The position numbers and the translations under genes are program-made. A DNA stretch of 64,000 nucleotides, from assembly GCA_963726455.1 (NCBI GenBank), contig CAVSCK010000004.1, positions 416,001 through 480,000 of the forward strand, in the 5' to 3' direction. Numbering within the stretch: the first letter of the stretch is position 1; each line of letters begins with the position of its first letter. Shown here piece after piece: positions 40,513-48,431 of the stretch. The DNA is from an uncultured bacterium. GTDB lineage: Bacteria > Zixibacteria > MSB-5A5 > CAIYYT01. The notes under the pieces were generated by a model. It was not told the DNA's origin, did not search any database, and worked only from the letters and a program-made list of their open reading frames with translations.

Positions 40513-41787
40513 ATGGACGAGCACATAGATGAACATCTCGAACTAAAACGGGCGGTTGCGGAACTCAAAATTCTGAATGAAGTCAGCGTGGCAATCAGCG
40601 GAGCGATAGGGGTTGACGCTGTCACAAACCTGATTGTCAAGAAGTGCGTCGAGCACACCGGCGCCGAGCAGGGGGCTATCTGGCTGTTGGACCGCATGGA
40701 CAAGACAGCGGCTCCCAAAACCTTCCTGAGAGTCATGGATTCCGATCCCACTTCGATCCCCTTTAAGGTCGGCGCAAGTTTGACGGGATGGGTCACCAAG
40801 AATCGCGAACCCCTGATCGTAAATGACGTCGCCAGTGACAGAAGATTCGTGGACCTGGCTGGAGATTATTCCGGTCTTCACTGCCTGTTGGCCGTGCCGC
40901 TCCAGCTCAAAGATACTCTCGTCGGTGTACTTTGCCTATTGAACAAAGCCGGCGGTCAGGGATTCTCAAGTGATGACGCCCGGTTGCTGACTATTGTGGC
41001 GACGCAATCGGCCCAGACCATCGAAAATGCACGACTTTATGACGATGAACGCAGACTTCGATCCCTGGAGGAGGACCTGCGAACAGCGCGTCTGATTCAG
41101 TATTCCCTCCTGCCGCGTGAGAACCCGCAAGCGAACCACTTCGATATTGCCGGACTCTATGAACCGGCACAGATGATCGGCGGAGACTATTTCGATTTTA
41201 TCCCTATCGACAAAGATCACCTCGGAATTGCCATTGCCGACGTGTCTGGAAAAGGCACATCCGCGGCGCTACTGATGGCTAACTTGCAGTCCTGTCTGCG
41301 GGGACAGGCGATTCTTAACCAGAGTCCGAAAGAGACGATTAACAACATCAACTTCATACTGTCTCGATTCCTGATTTCCGGACGATTCATCACACTCATT
41401 TATGGCGTTTTGGATGTTCGTCGGAGCATTTTCACTTATGTCAATGCGGGACACTGCTACCCGTTTCTGACGGCCAAAGGGCGAATAGTGGAGCTGGAAG
41501 CGGGCGGAATCATCCTGGGCTTTTCTTCTGATTCTAAATACTCGGAAACTGAAGTTCCCCTTCAGGCAGGTGAGTCGATATTACTTTACACGGATGGCAT
41601 TACCGAGGCTGCCAACGCTTCAGGGGAGCTTTATGGCGAATCTCGCCTTCTTAACCTGGTGAGAGCAAATCGGACGCTATCCTCCGCTGAACTCGTGCGC
41701 CTGATCAAGGATTCTGTGGTGTGCTTTCAGGAAGAAGAACCGCAGAGCGATGATATCACGCTGGTTGCATTGAGAAATCCTTTGTAA
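40513..41787 (+). CDS. GAF-PP2C/SpoIIE phosphatase (RsbU-like)
   Basis: GAF domain (LLAVPL...VGVLCLLNK, ENARLY), IGGDYFD, ADVSGKG, NAGH, YTDGITEA, DDITLV. Start inferred at ATG 40513. Confidence 0.9.
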   Translation: MDEHIDEHLELKRAVAELKILNEVSVAISGAIGVDAVTNLIVKKCVEHTGAEQGAIWLLDRMDKTAAPKTFLRVMDSDPTSIPFKVGASLTGWVTKNREPLIVNDVASDRRFVDLAGDYSGLHCLLAVPLQLKDTLVGVLCLLNKAGGQGFSSDDARLLTIVATQSAQTIENARLYDDERRLRSLEEDLRTARLIQYSLLPRENPQANHFDIAGLYEPAQMIGGDYFDFIPIDKDHLGIAIADVSGKGTSAALLMANLQSCLRGQAILNQSPKETINNINFILSRFLISGRFITLIYGVLDVRRSIFTYVNAGHCYPFLTAKGRIVELEAGGIILGFSSDSKYSETEVPLQAGESILLYTDGITEAANASGELYGESRLLNLVRANRTLSSAELVRLIKDSVVCFQEEEPQSDDITLVALRNPL

Positions 41788-41989
41788 GGGAACCGGTTCC
41801 CGCAATCTTCGGTAAGAACGCCGGCGGACAAACGCGGAAGACGATTGGGTCGCGCTGGCAGCCGGGCTGAGGCAACCTTATCGCATTTTCCGCTTAACAA
41901 CGCAGTTTCCTTCTTGTTTGTCCGGCGTTGTCGATCTATTTTGTAAGCAGGGGATTTCGGCGTGTCCTTCGGAACGCGATCCGCGATGA

Positions 41990-44440
41990 ATGGAAGATAC
42001 CCAGACTGCATTTCGGGAAAACCGCATGTTTAGTATTGGATCTAATGTAGGCAGCTATCGAATCGTTAGACGACTTGGTGAAGGCGGAATGGGAGTCGTC
42101 TATGAGGCCGTCGATGAGCGACTTGATCGAACGGTTGCTCTCAAAGTAATTTCGGAAAAGTACGGTTGCGATCCGAAATACAGGGCAAGACTTTTCCACG
42201 AAGCCAAGAGCGCTGCCAAGATCAATACAGATCACGTTGTTAGGATTTGGGAATGCTCGGAATTCGAGGGCACTCCTTTCATTTCCTATGAGTACGCGCC
42301 GGGCCGCTGCCTGGACGAAGTGATGCAGAAACTCTCCTTCGATGAAAAGGTAAGAATCGCCCGCGAACTGGCAGAAGGTTTGCAGATTGCACATTCGCTT
42401 GGGGTCATCCATCGCGACTTGAAACCGGGAAACATCATTGTCTGCGACGGCGGTTCCATCAAGATTCTTGACTTCGGCCTGGCCAAAATCATTAACGCTG
42501 ATTCCGTTGACAGTCAGGGGAATATCGAGGGGACCCTTTTCTATATGTCTCCGGAGCAGATCTCAGGTGCAACGCAGACATCGTCCACCGATATTTATAG
42601 TTATGGCGTGATTCTATATGAGCTATTTACCGGCCACAAACCATTCGACGGCGAGTACTCCGCCGCCATCATTTACTCCATACTCCATGAGGATCCTGTA
42701 CCTCCCAGTGAACTAAATTCGTCGCTGCCGGAATGGGTCAATCCGCTAGTGCTGAGACTCCTGGCCAGAAATACCGCAGACCGCTTCCCAGACATGGGTT
42801 CGGTACTTGAATATCTTGATGCCACGCAGACAAGTCATGGCGCAGCCACCCGAATCGGTGCATACAAGACCCGCAAGCGAACGATAACGGTCACGCATCT
42901 CAGAAACCTCTCTGGTGATCCGTCGTGGGACTATTTCTGTGCAGGATTTACCGAGGATCTGATTCGTGAGATTTCGCTGCGTACTGACACCGTGGTGTCG
43001 GTTGAACCGGAGAGTTCGGGAGAACGAGAGATCGCGAGCATTTTCCGGAAGTGTCGATCAGATTATGTGCTCACAGGGACCCTGATGCGATGGCAAGAGG
43101 AGATCAAGCTCGGCCTAAGTGTCTATGGTGAGAACGGCGATAAGCTGATTTATGGCGAGCAGTTTCGCGGAGGGGTAAAGCAGTTGTTCGAACTGCTATC
43201 TCGCGCCGCCCGAAATGCCTCTGAGGCACTGGCCAAAGCCAGCGGCGCAGCTTTGGTCGATGTCGATCGCCTCCTGAATACGAATGTCCCTGCCTACGAT
43301 TTCTATCTGAAAGGCAGAAGCTATTACCATACCAGTAAACCAGAGGATTTGGAGTCTGCCATCAACATGTTCAACCGGGCGCTGGAGCTGGACCCGAATC
43401 TTGCGCTCGCGAAGACCGGGCTTTCCGATGTCCATGCGTTTCAGTACAATGCTTATTATGACCGCCGTCCTGAGAAGATCGAACTTGCGATTCAGGAGGC
43501 ACAACAGGCGCTGGCAATCGATTCCCTTCTTCCTGAAGCCCATCGTGCGTTAGGGCGGTGCTACATGTTTGTCGGGGACTTCGATAATGCCGAAAAATCA
43601 CTGATGAGATCTGTAGACATTGCTCCGAAGTTTGCCATGGGCTACCGATCGCTGGCCTGGCTCAAGGACATGGCGGGCGACGACGAGGCTGCCCTCGTCT
43701 GGGCCAAGAAGGCATTGGAATTGGCCCCTACCGATCTTGAGACGCTGTTGCTTCTGGGTCTGCTATATCTGGACATGCGCAAATTCACACTGGCAATGGC
43801 CACGCTTCAGCGCGCCGTGGAATTGGGTCCCGACTACGGCCGGGCCTATTACTATCTGGGCATTGTCTTCACGAAGCTAGGGGTACCGGACATCGCTGTC
43901 GAGAACTTGCAGTTGGCAATTAAGTACAAAGGAGATCCCAACAGCTACATTGACGCCGGATATGCTGATATGGTATTGCGAAACTATGGTCGCGCGAAGA
44001 CATTTTTCTGTGAATCACTCGAACGGGGCTATATGCCTTTTATCGCCCTCTACTTCCTCGGGCTGATCTGTCTAATTCAGGGCGACCAGGAGATGGCGAC
44101 GGGTTATTTTGAAGATTCTTCTCGCTCAGCAGAGGACTATCTCGCTCGCGACCCTACCAACTGTCACGTTGCAAGTTATCGTGCACTCGCGCTTGCCGCG
44201 AGCGGCAGAAAGACCGAAGCAATTGAGATACTGGAGAGGATGTCTAACAATCCCGCCTGCCAGGGGGATCTGCTACACAACGTCGCAAGATGTTACGCTC
44301 TTCTTGGCGATAAGGAGAAGGCCGAGCTATTCAAGACCAAAGCAATCGGGCACCATGCCGGGCCCACACTCAAGGAACTTGAGGGCGATCCTCACTTCCT
44401 GATTCACTTCAACTGCGGCGGCTTTCGTTCGCAGAATTAA
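41990..44440 (+). CDS. Hanks-type Ser/Thr kinase with TolB-N-like domain and TPRs
   Basis: LGEGGMG, VALK, HRDLKPGN, DFGLAK, YMSPEQ. NLSGDPSWDYFCAGFTEDLI, then TPRs. Start may be 42026. Confidence 0.92.
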   Translation: MEDTQTAFRENRMFSIGSNVGSYRIVRRLGEGGMGVVYEAVDERLDRTVALKVISEKYGCDPKYRARLFHEAKSAAKINTDHVVRIWECSEFEGTPFISYEYAPGRCLDEVMQKLSFDEKVRIARELAEGLQIAHSLGVIHRDLKPGNIIVCDGGSIKILDFGLAKIINADSVDSQGNIEGTLFYMSPEQISGATQTSSTDIYSYGVILYELFTGHKPFDGEYSAAIIYSILHEDPVPPSELNSSLPEWVNPLVLRLLARNTADRFPDMGSVLEYLDATQTSHGAATRIGAYKTRKRTITVTHLRNLSGDPSWDYFCAGFTEDLIREISLRTDTVVSVEPESSGEREIASIFRKCRSDYVLTGTLMRWQEEIKLGLSVYGENGDKLIYGEQFRGGVKQLFELLSRAARNASEALAKASGAALVDVDRLLNTNVPAYDFYLKGRSYYHTSKPEDLESAINMFNRALELDPNLALAKTGLSDVHAFQYNAYYDRRPEKIELAIQEAQQALAIDSLLPEAHRALGRCYMFVGDFDNAEKSLMRSVDIAPKFAMGYRSLAWLKDMAGDDEAALVWAKKALELAPTDLETLLLLGLLYLDMRKFTLAMATLQRAVELGPDYGRAYYYLGIVFTKLGVPDIAVENLQLAIKYKGDPNSYIDAGYADMVLRNYGRAKTFFCESLERGYMPFIALYFLGLICLIQGDQEMATGYFEDSSRSAEDYLARDPTNCHVASYRALALAASGRKTEAIEILERMSNNPACQGDLLHNVARCYALLGDKEKAELFKTKAIGHHAGPTLKELEGDPHFLIHFNCGGFRSQN

Positions 44441-44505
44441 CGATACGAAAAAACATAGCGTCTCCTTACCGACTTACCAGTAACGTAGCTCTAAACGACT
44501 TCCGC

Positions 44506-47163
44506 TTACTTACATGCTGCACAAGGCGCCGGACCACCGCTAAAGATGTAACTGATAATGTACACGGCATCCGAGATGTCAACGAAGCCGTCGCAGTTAG
44601 CATCGCCCACCACCTGGGGTATAGGCGCCGGACCGCCGGAGAAAATGTATGCAATCAGTGCGACTACGTCCGAGATATCGGTTGCGCCATCGCCGTTCGC
44701 ATCACCGCAGACTTGGGCTATCACATAGACTGCGTAGGGATGCGAATAGGGCGCGGCAACTCCACCCTGGAACGACCGCACGCGCCAATAAAACACCGAA
44801 TCAATGCCCAATGCCGATGTCGGTGTGTAAGTGGCAGTGGTTAAACCCCCGATATCGCAGATCGGCGCCCGAAAATCGAGATAGCGATCCAGTTGAAACT
44901 GAAAACTATCCGCCGCCATCGACTTCTGCGCGAGACCACTCCAGTTGAAGATCGGCCGCGCGGCCGGCAACGCCCGGCCATTGGCCGGATGTACCAAAGA
45001 GACCGGCTCCACATCATAATAGAATACCAGGCTGTCGCCCCGCGGAGGAATTCGATAACAATCCGCCAGATGCGCCGACGTCGTGCCGTCGATGCGGATC
45101 CCGACCTCGAACAGTGTGCCGTTCGAAGTGTCCGATCGCGGTTCGACAATTATGCGGTAGCCGCCATACTGCAAGTTATAATCGAAAGCCCGTTCATCCA
45201 ATGTGTCGTCGCCGTTAGCGTCCAACCGCCCGTAGGCCGAGCCGGCAACCGTCTGCAACGGTCTCGAGATAACAAGATTCAACGGGTTGACGATCCGCAA
45301 TGTTACGTTGCCGTAACCTGTGGTGACCATTTCGTCCGGTAGAATCGGATCGGCCGGCAGACCATTGATCGCCAAAACAATCGGGTTCCCTTGCTGTCCG
45401 CCGATCGCAAAGTCTGGTGCGCCGCTACGATCAAGATCCCCGGCAACCAGAGCGTATAGCGCACTCGTTCCGCTGCCCAAAGGAATGTTGGGCTGTGGAG
45501 TCAGATTCCCCAACCCATCGTTCTTGCAGATGACCAGTGCGCGCGTCTTTGCGTTGACAGCACTAACATCCAGGTCGCCGTCCTTTTCCACGTCGGACAA
45601 AGCCAGATTCAGCAGCGTCCCCGCGAATGCCAGCGTGTCACTGTTTGCGATCCCGCCGCTGCCATCACCCAGACATACCGTGACCACGCTGGTGTCATCG
45701 CCGAGAGTCGAATTGCCGGTGACCGCTACGAAATCACGTTTGCGGTCGCCGTTCAGATCGATGTCCGCTTTGACGGTCGCGAAGTCGAAGGCACGATAGC
45801 CAATTCGCACGGCGGCCGATCGCGTAAGATTGCCCGAACCGTCGTTCAGAAACATCTTGGCCGAGTCTCCGATCGTCGCCACAAAATCATCGTAGCCGTC
45901 ATTGTTGAAATCGGCTGCATCGACAGCGTCAAACGAGAACGTCAGAGTCGCGCTGGTCGGAAAAGCGCCTGTGCCGTTGCCATAGAGAATCTGGTTCTCG
46001 CTGACAATCAGATCCAGATAAGCATCGCGGTTGAAATAACCGGCTGCGATGGCCGGGAAGACCGTGCTGTTTAATGACCGAATCGCAGAGGAGGAATAGC
46101 TGACGGTTTGCGAATCGATAGCAAAATTGCGGGAGCCCTGGTTGAGCAGGATATAAATCTTGTCCGTTGTGTGGGCAACGATATCCAACAAAGAGTCACT
46201 GTCGACATAACCCACCGCCAGGGCCGCCTGTTTCACTTTCAGGTAGTTGCGCGGCGCCTCAAACGTGCCGTCGGACTTGCCATAGATCACGTAGAGGCTG
46301 TCATCGGTACGACCGGTGTAGACGATGTCCGCATAGTTGTCCTGATCCAAATCGGCCTGGCGCACATAGAAAACATCCACAGTGTCGGTGGTCGTGACGA
46401 CATCAAATCCCGGTTCGCACTTGACATATGCCGGGCGGATAGGACCTCCCGGGACAGTTGAGAACATGAAATCACCGGCGGGACCGACGAAGGCAGAGTC
46501 AAGATCGATAAACTGGGTGGGACTTCCGGCCAGAATACGCGCGTAAAGCGTGAAGAGCAACCCGTTATTCTGAGGATTAATTGGTTGCGATGCCATTATG
46601 TCAATCCAGCCAACCAAGACTTTATTGCTCGCCGGTACAAATTTCTTCTGAAGCGATCCCCCGGGAATAATTGAGCCAGTCGAACTCACACTCGTGATCT
46701 CGATGTCATTCGAAGCATAATGAAACCCAAGCGAAAACCCATTCAATCCCACCGTGTTATCAATGTATATTGGAATTGCCACGGAGTCGTTGTTTCCTGA
46801 ATACGGCCTGCAACCCATCCTTACCTTATTGCCGGCGACGGTTCCGTAATTGCAGCCCACGGGGACCGAGCACCCGGAGGGGGCCGGCCCGCCGCCGAAA
46901 ATGTATTTGCACAAGTATGCCGCGTCGGCCACGTTAACTCCGCAATCATTGTTGGCATTGCCCGACTCCAACGGGATTGGAGTCGAACCACCGCCAAAGA
47001 TATAATTGATGAGGTAGACTGCATCAGATATGTCGATGGTTCCGCTGGCATTCGCATCCCCGCAGGTCCAGGGCAGACGAGGATTCTGGCCCTTCAGCTC
47101 TACAGGTCTAGAGATGCAGAAGCCCGCGCAAATTGTCACGATCAGCATTAGTCTCTTAATCAT
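44506..47163 (-). CDS. Secreted protein: N-terminal dockerin, cohesin-like domain, FG-GAP repeats, C-terminal dockerin
   Basis: Signal peptide. [45 protein letters not shown]...ITSVS...LLFTLYARI (cohesin-like). FG-GAP repeats. Ends [10 protein letters not shown]. Confidence 0.83.
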   Translation of the reverse strand: MIKRLMLIVTICAGFCISRPVELKGQNPRLPWTCGDANASGTIDISDAVYLINYIFGGGSTPIPLESGNANNDCGVNVADAAYLCKYIFGGGPAPSGCSVPVGCNYGTVAGNKVRMGCRPYSGNNDSVAIPIYIDNTVGLNGFSLGFHYASNDIEITSVSSTGSIIPGGSLQKKFVPASNKVLVGWIDIMASQPINPQNNGLLFTLYARILAGSPTQFIDLDSAFVGPAGDFMFSTVPGGPIRPAYVKCEPGFDVVTTTDTVDVFYVRQADLDQDNYADIVYTGRTDDSLYVIYGKSDGTFEAPRNYLKVKQAALAVGYVDSDSLLDIVAHTTDKIYILLNQGSRNFAIDSQTVSYSSSAIRSLNSTVFPAIAAGYFNRDAYLDLIVSENQILYGNGTGAFPTSATLTFSFDAVDAADFNNDGYDDFVATIGDSAKMFLNDGSGNLTRSAAVRIGYRAFDFATVKADIDLNGDRKRDFVAVTGNSTLGDDTSVVTVCLGDGSGGIANSDTLAFAGTLLNLALSDVEKDGDLDVSAVNAKTRALVICKNDGLGNLTPQPNIPLGSGTSALYALVAGDLDRSGAPDFAIGGQQGNPIVLAINGLPADPILPDEMVTTGYGNVTLRIVNPLNLVISRPLQTVAGSAYGRLDANGDDTLDERAFDYNLQYGGYRIIVEPRSDTSNGTLFEVGIRIDGTTSAHLADCYRIPPRGDSLVFYYDVEPVSLVHPANGRALPAARPIFNWSGLAQKSMAADSFQFQLDRYLDFRAPICDIGGLTTATYTPTSALGIDSVFYWRVRSFQGGVAAPYSHPYAVYVIAQVCGDANGDGATDISDVVALIAYIFSGGPAPIPQVVGDANCDGFVDISDAVYIISYIFSGGPAPCAACK

Positions 47164-47375
47164 TGATGCCTCCTTTTTGGGATACCTTAACTGTAAAGTT
47201 CAGCGGTTGACTCTCAAAGTGAAGTAATTGCTGTAAGTACGATCAAAATCACAAACTGCAACAGATTGATTGGCGGACTGCCCATGACGCTCCCAGTCGC
47301 ATTTCTCAAATTGGTCGCAAGACCTTGAGTTAGTAAGAAACTTATTCCGTAAGATAGCATGCAATTGCCAGATTG

Positions 47376-48431
47376 TCAAGTGTTATTGCGCCTGCGAGAG
47401 TCGTGTTGCGGGGATTCTTCCGCCCATTTGTCAAGCATGAATCGCTGCCAGAGGTCCTTGCTGCTGGAACGGAAGAAGGGCAGAATTGCCAGCCTACCCG
47501 TCTTGCCGATGCTCTTCTCCAGGTACTTCAGTTCCGCAAATTTCTCCACAAGTTGTGGCTCCGGAGAAACAGGCAAGCCGAACTCTCGCATGAGCAGTAT
47601 GCCTTTGACCTGTAAAGACAGCTCGAGTTGGAGTCGCACAAGACAAAGCATGTCCGCAACAACCTCACCTCGGAATCGGCTCTTTAATGATTCGAGGTAG
47701 GCACCGATCTTGGTCTGCGAGATATTGCCGCTACAGATCAGATCCAACAACTCCATGTCAGCATCCAAACCAATTCCCAGCCACTTCTGGGTGGCTTTCT
47801 CGCTCTTTTCGAACACGAAAATCACCAACAGAGGTAAGCAAATCAGCAGAATGACGGTCGATAACAGTGGGGAGATGAGAAAATTGTTATAGACGGCATG
47901 GACAAGGATTGCCAAGCACAGACCTGGAAGGAAAACAACAATTCTGTGGGTTTGGTGGCGATCTGACAGATACTTGGAAATCATCCCCAGTATCGCCGCC
48001 GTGCTTCCGTGCATGACCGCAGTGCCGAAGCCACGAACGACCCAAAGGAGGATGTTAGAATTCGTTAGGGCGTTCAGGTAATAGATGTTTTCGACAAGAG
48101 CAAATCCGGCGCCGACTGCAAAACCATAGATTGCCGCATCGACCAGAAATCCGATTCGCGTCTTTCGCAACAGATAGATGACATAAGCGGCCTTCAGTAG
48201 TTCCTCAGTCAGCGGTGCAATGTACGCTGCGAGATTGGACACGCTGAGAGAGAAAATCCGGGTCAGCCCGGTGTTGAGAAACAGGCCGACTACGGCAACA
48301 AGACAGCCTGCAAATATGGCCCTTGTTGCCGATCGAAGACTAACCAGCTTGTAGCTGTCGAGGAAGATCAGCACAGCCAGAAAAACAAACACGGGAACTA
48401 AACTGACGAATACTTTGATGAGCTCGGTCAT
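47376..48431 (-). CDS. prsW: PrsW-family glutamic intramembrane protease #2
   Basis: EELLK, FALVEN, GTAVMH, VHAVYN. 4-nt ATGA overlap with the upstream gene. Paralog of 32651-33658. Confidence 0.87.
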   Translation of the reverse strand: MTELIKVFVSLVPVFVFLAVLIFLDSYKLVSLRSATRAIFAGCLVAVVGLFLNTGLTRIFSLSVSNLAAYIAPLTEELLKAAYVIYLLRKTRIGFLVDAAIYGFAVGAGFALVENIYYLNALTNSNILLWVVRGFGTAVMHGSTAAILGMISKYLSDRHQTHRIVVFLPGLCLAILVHAVYNNFLISPLLSTVILLICLPLLVIFVFEKSEKATQKWLGIGLDADMELLDLICSGNISQTKIGAYLESLKSRFRGEVVADMLCLVRLQLELSLQVKGILLMREFGLPVSPEPQLVEKFAELKYLEKSIGKTGRLAILPFFRSSSKDLWQRFMLDKWAEESPQHDSRRRNNT

